64,000 nt of DNA from Candidatus Enterousia sp. (GTDB lineage Bacteria; Pseudomonadota; Alphaproteobacteria; Rs-D84): positions 64,001 to 128,000 of the forward strand of contig JAZLBQ010000026.1 of NCBI GenBank assembly GCA_045613785.1. The letters run 5' to 3'. Within the stretch, counting starts at the first letter, position 1, and each line of letters begins with the position of its first letter. Below, piece after piece: positions 49,709-58,827 of this stretch. The notes beneath the pieces are model-generated. The model had not been told where the DNA came from and did not search any database. It saw nothing but the letters and a program-made list of their open reading frames with translations. The translations under genes were made by a program, and so were the position numbers.

Positions 49709-50405
49709 CAGCAAGTTTTTATTTGGTTTAATAATCAGTGGCACACTGTCTGTGTTTGGGGCTGCGCATTCAGCTGACATTGTCGTTGATGAAGAAGTCG
49801 TGGACATTGACCTGGAACAGGCGTCTGCTGATGCGGTTGCTGATTACGACATCAATGGTTCGCTGTTTCAACAGATAACCGACCTGGAACAGGAAAAGGT
49901 TTTAATGCAACTTGAAAAAGAGCGTGCTCAACTGGACTTGGAATTAGACAGATTAGCGGCAGAAAAAATAAAGTTGCACATGGAAATTGACACGCTTTCT
50001 GGTCGTGCAGAGCAACAGCAACAAGAAATTGAAACACAAAAGGCAAAACTAGAAGCCGAAGCTGCTCGTATCGAGAAAGAAAAAGATTCTTGGCTGGCGA
50101 AAATGGATGCCGAAGAATCCAAGTCATCAAAATCGACAAAAAAATCCAGCAGCAAAGATTCTGACGACGACGAAGACGAAGACAGTGTTGATATAACAAA
50201 ATTATATCGTCTGGTAAATGTTATTGGTGCTGGCTCTCAATTACAGGCAACAGTAGAAGATTTGAAAAGTGGTCAAAGCAAGCGTATAAGTGTTGGTCGC
50301 ACATTAAATGGCTTGACTGTAAAATCTATATCGCTTTATGACGGCGTTGTATTTGTTGACGCCGATGGTAAAACCCAGAATTTGAACATCAGCAACGGAA
50401 AGTAA
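49698..50405 (+). CDS. Type IVB pilus PilP-like protein
   Basis: Signal peptide, coiled coil, C-terminal LVNVIGAGSQLQATV...VG..L.G.TVKSI..DGV. Confidence 0.7.
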   Translation: MQNNSKFLFGLIISGTLSVFGAAHSADIVVDEEVVDIDLEQASADAVADYDINGSLFQQITDLEQEKVLMQLEKERAQLDLELDRLAAEKIKLHMEIDTLSGRAEQQQQEIETQKAKLEAEAARIEKEKDSWLAKMDAEESKSSKSTKKSSSKDSDDDEDEDSVDITKLYRLVNVIGAGSQLQATVEDLKSGQSKRISVGRTLNGLTVKSISLYDGVVFVDADGKTQNLNISNGK

Positions 50406-50409
50406 AATT

Positions 50410-52047
50410 ATGGTTGATTCAAAAGTCCAAGATTTTATTACAACTGATTCCACTACCCAGCCATCAATTCCTGCTGGGTTGGAAAATTCTGAAACCAAGG
50501 ACATAATAGATTATCTGTTTTCCAATGGTAATCGTTTGCTGACAGCGACGGGTGCGATTCTAGAATTACCACGTGATACCCAGAACTTGATAGCATATTT
50601 TACTGGTGGTGAAATAATTATATCACGCACCCATCGATATGACGGTCGTGTTTTATCATTTTTAGAATTGTTAAAGCAACGTGGTCGCAAAATACGGACA
50701 CCGTTTTATTCAGATCTTGGGTTGATATCAAATATTTATAAATCGAACGAAATGCATTTGGGGGGGGCATCACGTTCACGTTCTGATTTTGATAACCAGA
50801 TGCAGAAAGATTTTGTAGACATAATTGCCAAGGCTGCCGCTCGCAAGGTATCTGATATTCACATCGAAGTTGCGGATCAAACAACGATATATTTCCGTGT
50901 TGATGGCAGTATACAGCCGGTATTAGAATATAACAGCCAGTGGGGCGAAGCATTTCTTCGTGCGGCTTTTGCGTCATCTGATATATCCAATGCGAACTAT
51001 GCTGTAAATGAATATCAGTCTGCCCAAAAAGATGGTCGCACGCCTTTGCGTGGAACCAAGGATTTGTATTTGCCATCTGGCGTGCTGGGCGTTCGTATGC
51101 AGTTTAATCCGATTGCCTTTGGAACACGCTATGCGGTTCTGCGTTTATTGTATGACAATCCGTCCGAAGGAATCAAGATTGAACAGGAATTTGGGCCATA
51201 TGAACAACGGTTGCTGGCTCGTCTGCGTTCTTTTCCAACAGGTCTGGTAATAGTTGCGGGTCCGACCAGTTCTGGTAAATCAACAACCCTTGTTCGTAAT
51301 ATGTCGCTGATGTTAAAAGAACATAATTACGAAATCAATATGATTACCGTTGAAAATCCAGTGGAACAAAAGATTTTTGGTGCACGTCAAATGCCTGTTG
51401 TAAATACCACAGACGAAGAGCAACGTGAAAAGAAATATGTAGAAGCCCTGGCTGCTGCATTGCGAAGCGACCCTGACACATTGATGGTTGGCGAAATTCG
51501 CACACTTGCTGCGGCAGAATTGACTGTTCGTGGTGCATTGTCTGGTCATAACGTATGGACAACATTGCATGCAAATTCAGCAATGGCGGCATTGACACGT
51601 TTGTTAGATTTGGGGGTAGAGGCATTTAAATTAAAAGAAGAAACCTTGATGCGTGGCTTGGTATCTATGCGTCTGTTTAAAAAGGTCTGTCCTCATTGTC
51701 GTGAACCCTTGGTCAATCATCCAGAGCGTGGTGCATATCGTCGTGTAATGGACGCATACGGTGAAATAGGGCTAAACCAAATATATCAGCGTGGATCTGG
51801 TTGTCCACATTGTAATGGCACAGGGAACATTGGTCGTGTCAAGGCTGGTGAAATAATCATCACCAACAGTGAATTTTTACGTCTAGCATTATCTGGCAAT
51901 ACGGACGGTGCTGTCCGCTATTGGCTTGAAGAAATGTCTGGTCGCACATTAAAAGAAGCCGCCGCATCACTAATGTTGCAGGGTATAATCAGTGTAGATG
52001 AACTGGAACGTTGGGTCGGTCAACTTGATCAGCCAGGGGCGTATTGA
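50410..52047 (+). CDS. Pilus assembly ATPase (GspE/PilB family; R64 PilQ/BfpD-like)
   Basis: SDIHIE, GPTSSGKST, LRSDPD.LMVGEIR, GH..TTLH, two CPHC. Confidence 0.92.
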   Translation: MVDSKVQDFITTDSTTQPSIPAGLENSETKDIIDYLFSNGNRLLTATGAILELPRDTQNLIAYFTGGEIIISRTHRYDGRVLSFLELLKQRGRKIRTPFYSDLGLISNIYKSNEMHLGGASRSRSDFDNQMQKDFVDIIAKAAARKVSDIHIEVADQTTIYFRVDGSIQPVLEYNSQWGEAFLRAAFASSDISNANYAVNEYQSAQKDGRTPLRGTKDLYLPSGVLGVRMQFNPIAFGTRYAVLRLLYDNPSEGIKIEQEFGPYEQRLLARLRSFPTGLVIVAGPTSSGKSTTLVRNMSLMLKEHNYEINMITVENPVEQKIFGARQMPVVNTTDEEQREKKYVEALAAALRSDPDTLMVGEIRTLAAAELTVRGALSGHNVWTTLHANSAMAALTRLLDLGVEAFKLKEETLMRGLVSMRLFKKVCPHCREPLVNHPERGAYRRVMDAYGEIGLNQIYQRGSGCPHCNGTGNIGRVKAGEIIITNSEFLRLALSGNTDGAVRYWLEEMSGRTLKEAAASLMLQGIISVDELERWVGQLDQPGAY

Positions 52048-52048
52048 T

Positions 52049-53119
52049 ATGAATAAACTTGAACTGCTGTATGCAAAACTTGTATTCAGGTTAAACACTG
52101 AAAAGCGTATGTCGATTTGTCGCAAATTAGCATCGTTATTGCGAAATGATTTTACTTTGATAGATGCGCTGGAACGCCTTGAAATGGTTGAGTCAAAAAA
52201 TGGCAAAGCACCACATGAACCATTTGCGATTGTTATGCGTCAGTGGCAAAAGAACTTGGAACAGGGTATGACTTTTTCCGAGGCTACTCGTGGTTGGGTT
52301 CCACCGAACGAAACGTTATTGGTAACATCAGGGAATTTATCAAATCTGGTAATTGCACTGGAAAATGTTGGTCGTGTTGTCGAAGGCACAACCCGTATTC
52401 GTCGTGCAATGACATCGGCGATTGGTTATCCGATGTTTTTGTTGGCGTTGACGTTTGGTATTATTATTATGGTTGGGCTTTATCTAGTTCCGCCATTGGC
52501 AGAAATTGCGGGTAATTCAGTTGTCTGGCGTGGTGCTGCCCGTTCATTGATATGGTTGTCTGATTTTTCTATTCAATATTGGTATTTGTTTTTAGTTATT
52601 TTTGCCGTGATAGTATCAGTTATCTGGCTAAGTTTGGCAAATTGGTCAGGACGGATTCGTGTGTTTTTTGATAAGTTGCCACCGTGGAATGTTTACAAGA
52701 TTCAAGTATCTGTTGGTTGGTTGATGTCATTGGCGGCAATGGTTGGTTCTGGTGTTACGATACCTGATGCCATGCGAATGCTGGCGGATAATGCCAACCG
52801 CTATTTACGCAGTATTTTAGATGCTGCCCTTCATCACATTGCCAACGGTGATAACCTTGGGGTTGCACTGACGCATATTGGGCGTGATTTTCCAGACAGT
52901 GAAATTATTGGGGATTTGACGATATATGCCGATATGAACGAATTTGATGAAAACCTGAATCAGATTGCGAACGATTATCTAAACGAATCTGTCCGCAAGA
53001 TGGAGCAGATATCAAACACATTAAACAGTCTGGGCATATTGCTAGTTTCTGCCATAATTGCTTGGGTTGTTCTTGGGACGTTCCAGATGCAAGATCAAAT
53101 AACGTCTGCATTGACTTAA
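52049..53119 (+). CDS. Pilus platform protein (GspF family; R64 PilR/BfpE-like)
   Basis: Two GspF repeats, YP..L, 3 TMs, DKLPPWNVY. Confidence 0.88.
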   Translation: MNKLELLYAKLVFRLNTEKRMSICRKLASLLRNDFTLIDALERLEMVESKNGKAPHEPFAIVMRQWQKNLEQGMTFSEATRGWVPPNETLLVTSGNLSNLVIALENVGRVVEGTTRIRRAMTSAIGYPMFLLALTFGIIIMVGLYLVPPLAEIAGNSVVWRGAARSLIWLSDFSIQYWYLFLVIFAVIVSVIWLSLANWSGRIRVFFDKLPPWNVYKIQVSVGWLMSLAAMVGSGVTIPDAMRMLADNANRYLRSILDAALHHIANGDNLGVALTHIGRDFPDSEIIGDLTIYADMNEFDENLNQIANDYLNESVRKMEQISNTLNSLGILLVSAIIAWVVLGTFQMQDQITSALT

Positions 53120-53142
53120 ATGAAAAGAAAAGCAAAATAAAA

Positions 53143-53158
53143 CCCGGCAAATGCCGGG
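53143..53158. terminator. CCGG-family hairpin, bidirectional terminator-like
   Basis: CCCGGC AAAT GCCGGG with A/T flanks. Confidence 0.7.
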
Positions 53159-53179
53159 TATTTTTATCTGAATCAAAGA

Positions 53180-53818
53180 TTATTTGTTTGGAATAATTTT
53201 CAATTCTACACGACGGTTTTGTGCACGGCCATTTGCATTTGCGTTTGAGGCAATTGGATTTGAAGAGCCCATACCCAAGACTTCGAAGCGTGAAGATTTG
53301 ATTCCTTGACCTTCCAGGTATGAAGCCACAGACTGTGCACGCTGGCGTGACAGATTCAAGTTATATTCTGCACTTCCTGTGCTGTCAGTGTGTCCTGAAA
53401 CCATAAGTGTTGAATTGTCGTATTTCTTTAATACCTTTGCGACAGAGTTTAATACTGGATAGAACGAAGCGTTGATATCAGCAGAATCTGTCTTGAAAGT
53501 AATGTTTCCTGGCATAATCAGGCGAATGCTGTCTTTGTCTTCGACGACCTGAACACCTGTTGAAACCAGTTCTGCACGCAATTCAGCGGCCTGTGCATCC
53601 AAATAATATCCAACACCACCACCGACTGCACCGCCAGCCAATGCACCAATCAATGCCCCTTCGCTACTTTGTGTGCTGCCAATCAAAGCCCCAGATACTG
53701 CACCAATTGCAGACCCCCAAGTTGCTTTTGAAGTCTGTGTTTGACCTGTGTATGGATTTACGGTTGTGCAACCTGCGACCAGTGCTGTGATTGCAAAAAC
53801 AGAAACTAATTTTTTCAT
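53180..53818 (-). CDS. OmpA-family lipoprotein (YiaD-like)
   Basis: Lipobox VAGC, glycine zipper, GHTDSTG...LSRQRA...NRRVE. Confidence 0.92.
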   Translation of the reverse strand: MKKLVSVFAITALVAGCTTVNPYTGQTQTSKATWGSAIGAVSGALIGSTQSSEGALIGALAGGAVGGGVGYYLDAQAAELRAELVSTGVQVVEDKDSIRLIMPGNITFKTDSADINASFYPVLNSVAKVLKKYDNSTLMVSGHTDSTGSAEYNLNLSRQRAQSVASYLEGQGIKSSRFEVLGMGSSNPIASNANANGRAQNRRVELKIIPNK

Positions 53819-53882
53819 ACTTTCTCCTTTATTGTTTGTGCTGATGAATATCATAGAACATAATTTTTTAAAACACAAAAAT

Positions 53883-53909
53883 AAATACCCACAAACGGGG
53901 TATTTTTTT
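53883..53909. terminator. Terminator-like hairpin
   Basis: AAATACCC-N7-GGGTATTTTTTT. Confidence 0.55.
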
Positions 53910-53922
53910 ATTTGACTAGGAA

Positions 53923-54120
53923 TTATTTATTTTTTTGTATTTGTTTAAAAACTGCTTGTTGTTTTAACAAATTCACAGAATCGACTTGTTCTTTTGGTGT
54001 TTTGTTTGTATCAGAACTACCTAATTTCGAAGTAAAAATCGATTGGAGATGCATAACGATTGCGATTGCGACGCCTGCAACAACCATATATTCTAAAAAT
54101 TCTTTTATATCTTTTTTCAT
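53923..54120 (-). CDS. Small single-TM hypothetical protein (65 aa)
   Basis: ATG at 54120 with AGG upstream; MKKDIKEFLEYMVVAGVAIAIVMHL. Confidence 0.55.
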   Translation of the reverse strand: MKKDIKEFLEYMVVAGVAIAIVMHLQSIFTSKLGSSDTNKTPKEQVDSVNLLKQQAVFKQIQKNK

Positions 54121-54180
54121 TATCAACCTATTTTGCAATTTATATTTCCAAAAAAAATCCGCCATTTGGCGGTGAAATCT

Positions 54181-54257
54181 TGGTGGGTGTTGAGGGACTC
54201 AAACCCCCGACCCTCTCGGTGTAAACGAGATGCTCTAATCAACTGAGCTAAACACCC
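54181..54257 (-). tRNA. tRNA-Val(TAC) with non-canonical D/T loops
   Basis: Full cloverleaf with CCA; TCTCG-TTTACAC-CGAGA; D loop AGTTGATTA, T loop TTTGAGT. Confidence 0.92.
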
Positions 54258-54295
54258 AAGGCTTTACAGCGAAACAAATATTATAATAAATTTTT

Positions 54296-55030
54296 TTATT
54301 TGTCCAGTATTTTTTTACCGTTTTCTAAATTTATGCTTTCATTGTCAACGATAATCAGATTGTTTTGCAAAACAGGCTGCTGTGCAGATTCAATCAAGGT
54401 TCGCCAATAAACATCTCCACTAGCGGTTTCAATGGCATAAAGATAATTGTCCGTGCCGACAACAAAGGCGTATTTTTCGGTCAGGACAAAAGGAACTGCA
54501 ACCCCGATGTCCAGACACCACTTTTTGTCGCCTGTTGCGGCAGAAATCTTGCAAAACGCATCGCCCAAACCTCCTGCATACACCCATTTACCGTATGGGA
54601 TAATTGGTGCTACAATATCAACAGTTGACGAGCCACCTGTCAAATTGCTGGCACGATATACATCTGCAATCCAGGCAATTTTACGTGTTTTTGGATTTAT
54701 TTTGATAACTTCCCCAGTGGTCAAACCTGCATACAAGTATTGTCCGCTACAAACAGGTCTGCGATTTGCAGAAACAGTATCGCTGGTTGGGAATCCGCTA
54801 AAAATCTTTTTATCCTCTTCCCAGATAGTGTTCAAAGAATCCTGGCTATATGGGCATTTTGAATTATCGATAACGATTTCGGACAGTGAAGTATCAGTAA
54901 TTGATTTGTTTTGCACGATTACCTGTGTGTCTTGAAATACTGCTGTTCGGACACCTGGCAAAATAGGATCATGCTTATCGCACGCCACCAATCCTAATGC
55001 ACAACAAACAATACTGACAACTTTACGCAT
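54296..55030 (-). CDS. PQQ-like beta-propeller lipoprotein (short BamB-like)
   Basis: Lipobox LVAC; ILPGVR; blades ending TRKIAW, TGDKKW, SGDVYW; follows a YfgM-like gene. Confidence 0.75.
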   Translation of the reverse strand: MRKVVSIVCCALGLVACDKHDPILPGVRTAVFQDTQVIVQNKSITDTSLSEIVIDNSKCPYSQDSLNTIWEEDKKIFSGFPTSDTVSANRRPVCSGQYLYAGLTTGEVIKINPKTRKIAWIADVYRASNLTGGSSTVDIVAPIIPYGKWVYAGGLGDAFCKISAATGDKKWCLDIGVAVPFVLTEKYAFVVGTDNYLYAIETASGDVYWRTLIESAQQPVLQNNLIIVDNESINLENGKKILDK

Positions 55031-55047
55031 CTTGACCGTCCTGTGTT

Positions 55048-55698
55048 TTAACGAATGCTTTGTGCTGTTGCAGAAACGACATCTGGTGCATCTTTGTCGT
55101 TTATAATTTTATCCAGCCACTTATTTGCAACAGCAGTATTCCCATCAGCCAAATACTTTTGTGCGATGGTTAGTGTTGCAGTATAATAGAACGGTGAACT
55201 TTTAGTGTTCAAATCGTCTAAATAGTCTTCGACTTGTTCGGCGGTCATCTCATCGCCTTTGATTCCAATGACGTGCAATTTTGCCAAATCACGAAAATCA
55301 GGTGTATTTCCGTTGTTTGCCAGTGTTTCCAGTTTGTTCAAATCTTTATCAAGCAAATAAGCCTGGAACAATGCCAAATCAGCGGTTGCCCCAGATGTGT
55401 TTTTTGATAACGCAGCCAAAGCATTTGCATCAACGTTTTCAACGGCTGTTTCATATGCAGCAGCAGTTGCGATTTTGTTTGCCTTGTGTGTTCTGATGCC
55501 GATTTGAATTGCGGTTGTTGCAATCAGTATAACCAACGCTGTTGCCAAAATATGTTTAGAATACTTTTTGATAAACTGCATAGTTTTTTCATTGTTCACA
55601 TCTTCCCAGACTTCACGATAAAGAGCATCTTCCATATGTTCAGCGTGTGTTTTCTTAGGTGTCTTGACTTTTTTATTTCTTTCCAGCATTGTTGCCAT
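55048..55698 (-). CDS. YfgM-like membrane-anchored TPR protein
   Basis: LYREVWEDV..EK...FIKKY then TM; upstream of the BamB-like gene. Confidence 0.7.
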   Translation of the reverse strand: MATMLERNKKVKTPKKTHAEHMEDALYREVWEDVNNEKTMQFIKKYSKHILATALVILIATTAIQIGIRTHKANKIATAAAYETAVENVDANALAALSKNTSGATADLALFQAYLLDKDLNKLETLANNGNTPDFRDLAKLHVIGIKGDEMTAEQVEDYLDDLNTKSSPFYYTATLTIAQKYLADGNTAVANKWLDKIINDKDAPDVVSATAQSIR

Positions 55699-55751
55699 AA
55701 TCTAATCTCCTGTGCTTGAAAAATGTTAAATTTTGTTATACTATAAAATTT

Positions 55752-56666
55752 ATGAGCAAGGAAATCAAGACCACAATACCATCAACTGCCAATACCAGTA
55801 TTGTTGCTGCCCGTGGGGTCAGTGATGAATCTGGGTTGGCTCAGTATATTCAAACTGTGCAAAAGATACCGGTTTTAACGGCTCAGCAAGAATATGATTA
55901 TGCTACTCGTTGGGCAAAGTCTCATGATTCTCATGCTGCGGAACAGCTGGTTGCCAGTCATCTGCGTTTGGTTGTATCAGTGGCATACGATTACAAGAAT
56001 TATGGTATTCCTGTTGGTGAATTGATTGCCAGTGGAAATATGGGGTTGATGCAGGCTGTTCAAAAATTTGACCCTGACAAAGGATTTCGTTTTTCGACCT
56101 ATGCGATGTTCTGGATCAAGGCCGAGATTTACGAAACTATATTAAACAACTGGTCGTTGGTTCGCATTGGGACATCTGCCAATCAAAAGCGTGTATTTTT
56201 CAATCTTGCCCGTGCCAAGCGTGCTTTGGGGATAATGGACAATAACCTGTCGGATGAGCAAACAAAACAGATTGCCGAATATCTAGAGGTTCCCGAACGT
56301 GATGTTGCCCGTATGGCGACTCGTATCAGTGCCCGTGATTTATCGCTAAACGCACCGATGAATTCAGATGATGGTTCGACAGATATCTTGTCAAATATGA
56401 CTGCTGGTGGCGACACTATCGAAGAATCTTTGGAACAGGCGGAATTTCGACGTCTGGGAATGGGGTTGCTGAAAAAGCACTTGGAAAAAATGCCAGAGCG
56501 TGATCGTGCGATATTGACAGCACGTCGCCTGCAACAGCCGGCGGCAACACTTGAATCGCTGTCCCAGAAGTATGGTGTATCACGTGAACGTGTTCGTCAA
56601 ATTGAAGAACGTGCCTATAACAAATTGCGTAATGCAATATTGGACGAAACCAAAGGACAATTTTAA
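55752..56666 (+). CDS. rpoH: RNA polymerase sigma-32 factor
   Basis: SHLRLVV, FDPDKGFRFSTYAMFWI, RpoH box QKRVFFNL, VSRERVRQIE. Confidence 0.92.
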   Translation: MSKEIKTTIPSTANTSIVAARGVSDESGLAQYIQTVQKIPVLTAQQEYDYATRWAKSHDSHAAEQLVASHLRLVVSVAYDYKNYGIPVGELIASGNMGLMQAVQKFDPDKGFRFSTYAMFWIKAEIYETILNNWSLVRIGTSANQKRVFFNLARAKRALGIMDNNLSDEQTKQIAEYLEVPERDVARMATRISARDLSLNAPMNSDDGSTDILSNMTAGGDTIEESLEQAEFRRLGMGLLKKHLEKMPERDRAILTARRLQQPAATLESLSQKYGVSRERVRQIEERAYNKLRNAILDETKGQF

Positions 56667-56667
56667 T

Positions 56668-57693
56668 ATGTTTTCAATATCCAGAATTGCGATTCTTGTG
56701 GCAATGGTTGCGGTCTTGCCACTTTCTGCGAATGCGTATCAGTATGACACAGGAAGATTTTCCTTTCGTTTAACAGGTTATGGCACCAGTGGTGTTATAA
56801 ATCCGGATTTTGATTCATCACTGTTTATCGGAGATTGGCGTGTTCGCACTCAGATGACTGTTGCGGCAACTGATGATTTGAAGATAGGTGCGGTTTATGC
56901 TCTGGATCAGGCCGCACTGGATAAAGGAAACTTTTCCCGTGAAACGTTTGCATATTTAGAATCACGTCAATACGGTCGCATTGAATTAGGCTGGACAGAT
57001 TCCATTGCACGTAAATTGGGGGTAGGGTTGCCAGACGTTGGTGGTTTGCGTATAAATGACCGTCCATTATTTAACGAGAAAATTATCCCAGACGGCCCTG
57101 TGATTCCTGATACGACACTGACATCTGGCCGCAATGCACCACGAATAAATGTTGTTTCTGCACCGTCTGATGGGGTTCAGTATGGTTTATCTGCTTCTCT
57201 CTTTGCGACTGACTATGATTATGCGCTGGATGCAGGTCTTAAAATCCGTCGTCCATCTGGCAAGGTTAAAACAGCATATTCATTAGGATTATCGTTTATG
57301 GACAATCCCAACGGTTTTGACCCAGAAGTATATACCCCGGCTGTCACTGCTGATTGGCGTGCCCAGATGTCGATTGGTATGAATTTGCAGTATAACAGCA
57401 TTGTTTGGGGAACAACAGGCCGTATAATTTATGACCGCAATCCTGTGGGCGAAGTTTCTGATGGTTTTGTTGTTGGCACAGGCGTCAGTTATGACCTGTT
57501 GCGATACAGTATATCATTGACCTATATGTTATCTGATACAGGCGTATGGCAGAAAGAAATTGAAAACTTTATCGACCATATGGCGATTGCGTCATTTCGA
57601 TATAAATATAATGAATTTGTTGATATCTGGATGTCTGGCGGTATAACATCTCAGACTCCATTTGTATCAGCGGGTCTTCGTTTTAGTTTTTAA
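56668..57693 (+). CDS. Outer membrane porin-like beta-barrel protein
   Basis: Signal peptide (ANA), YGRIELG, amphipathic strands, C-terminal AGLRFSF. Confidence 0.75.
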   Translation: MFSISRIAILVAMVAVLPLSANAYQYDTGRFSFRLTGYGTSGVINPDFDSSLFIGDWRVRTQMTVAATDDLKIGAVYALDQAALDKGNFSRETFAYLESRQYGRIELGWTDSIARKLGVGLPDVGGLRINDRPLFNEKIIPDGPVIPDTTLTSGRNAPRINVVSAPSDGVQYGLSASLFATDYDYALDAGLKIRRPSGKVKTAYSLGLSFMDNPNGFDPEVYTPAVTADWRAQMSIGMNLQYNSIVWGTTGRIIYDRNPVGEVSDGFVVGTGVSYDLLRYSISLTYMLSDTGVWQKEIENFIDHMAIASFRYKYNEFVDIWMSGGITSQTPFVSAGLRFSF

Positions 57694-57722
57694 AAAATCC
57701 CACCAAATGGTGGGTTTTTTTT
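57692..57722. terminator. Bidirectional terminator porin/rlmN
   Basis: A run-CCCACC-AAAT-GGTGGG-T run. Confidence 0.75.
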
Positions 57723-58827
57723 AATGTTTGTTTTTTGCGTTATTTAGTCTTAATTGTCCACAGGCTGACCCGATATCTGTTCCACGTTCACGTCGGATAC
57801 GTGTATGAATACCATTTTTAATTAAAATATCCTGGAATCTGTGAACAGCATTTCCCGAAAGTCCTGCAAAGTCCCGTTCATCAACTGCGTTCCAAGGGAT
57901 AAGATTTACCATACAGTTTTTGCCACTCAAAATTTCGGACAATTTTTCTGCGTATTCTGGTGTAGCGTTATATAATTGAGTTTCTCCATTATCGTCTTTT
58001 TTACCCAGCAAAATGTATTCTATCATCAACTGACGATTATGATTGTCTGTGAAACGCCAAGCAGCGTCCAGGACTTCGCTCAATTTATACTTGTTATTGA
58101 TAGGCATAATTTGACTGCGTAATTCATCGGTTGGTGCGTGCAGCGAAATAGCCAAGTTTATTGGTCGTCCCCATTCAATCAGTCTGTCAATTCCCGGCAC
58201 GATTCCACATGTTGAAACAGTAATCTTACGCCAACCGATACCCATTTCACTGTTAGCCCGTTCGATAAAGCCGATAACATTTTCTGTGTTTTGCAATGGT
58301 TCACCAGTCCCCATAACAACAATGTGTGAAACATCGCCATTGTTTGCATCACCATTTGGTCGAATAGGTTTGTCGCTAAATTTATCGCTTCTCAGTTCCC
58401 ACTGTGCCACCAGAATCTGCGAATAAATTTCATTAGTTGTTAAATTGCGTTTTAATCCCAACAAAGTGCTGGCACAGAACTTACAACCCATCGCACACCC
58501 AGCCTGAGAACTAACACAAACGCTGTTTCCGTATGTTGTTCGCATCAGAACGCATTCGATTTGTTCCCCATCGTCCAGTTCTAACAAGAATTTAGTTGTT
58601 TCGCCGTCTGCCGATTCTAATTTTTTCACAATTTTAACAGGCAACGTTCTTGCGTTTTCATTCAGTTCATCACGCAATTTTTCTGGTAAATTTTTCATCA
58701 CAGAAAAATCTGGTGCACCACGATTTAGCCATTCACGCACCTGCTTTGCCCGAAACTTTGGCTGTCCCAAATCGGTTATATATTTTTCTAGTTCTGCATC
58801 AGTCCAGTTAAATAAAATCGGTTTCAT
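57721..58827 (-). CDS. rlmN: 23S rRNA/tRNA m2A methyltransferase RlmN
   Basis: CVSSQAGCAMGCKFC, MGTGEP, SLHA, NLIPWN, ACGQL. Confidence 0.96.
   Translation of the reverse strand: MKPILFNWTDAELEKYITDLGQPKFRAKQVREWLNRGAPDFSVMKNLPEKLRDELNENARTLPVKIVKKLESADGETTKFLLELDDGEQIECVLMRTTYGNSVCVSSQAGCAMGCKFCASTLLGLKRNLTTNEIYSQILVAQWELRSDKFSDKPIRPNGDANNGDVSHIVVMGTGEPLQNTENVIGFIERANSEMGIGWRKITVSTCGIVPGIDRLIEWGRPINLAISLHAPTDELRSQIMPINNKYKLSEVLDAAWRFTDNHNRQLMIEYILLGKKDDNGETQLYNATPEYAEKLSEILSGKNCMVNLIPWNAVDERDFAGLSGNAVHRFQDILIKNGIHTRIRRERGTDIGSACGQLRLNNAKNKH

Noticed and set aside
41735-53119. virD4, tRNA-Cys and pil cluster as one ICE or genomic island
   Set aside because: Interrupted by core genes (sspB, recF); no integrase, relaxase or att repeat of the tRNA 3' end; codon style looks like the rest of the window.
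53923-54120. Flp/Tad pilin call
   Set aside because: No Gly at the cleavage position five residues before the Glu, and no tad genes nearby.
57721-58827. Cfr resistance methyltransferase
   Set aside because: Motifs (ACGQL, SLHAP) and operon context fit housekeeping RlmN; nothing Cfr-specific seen.
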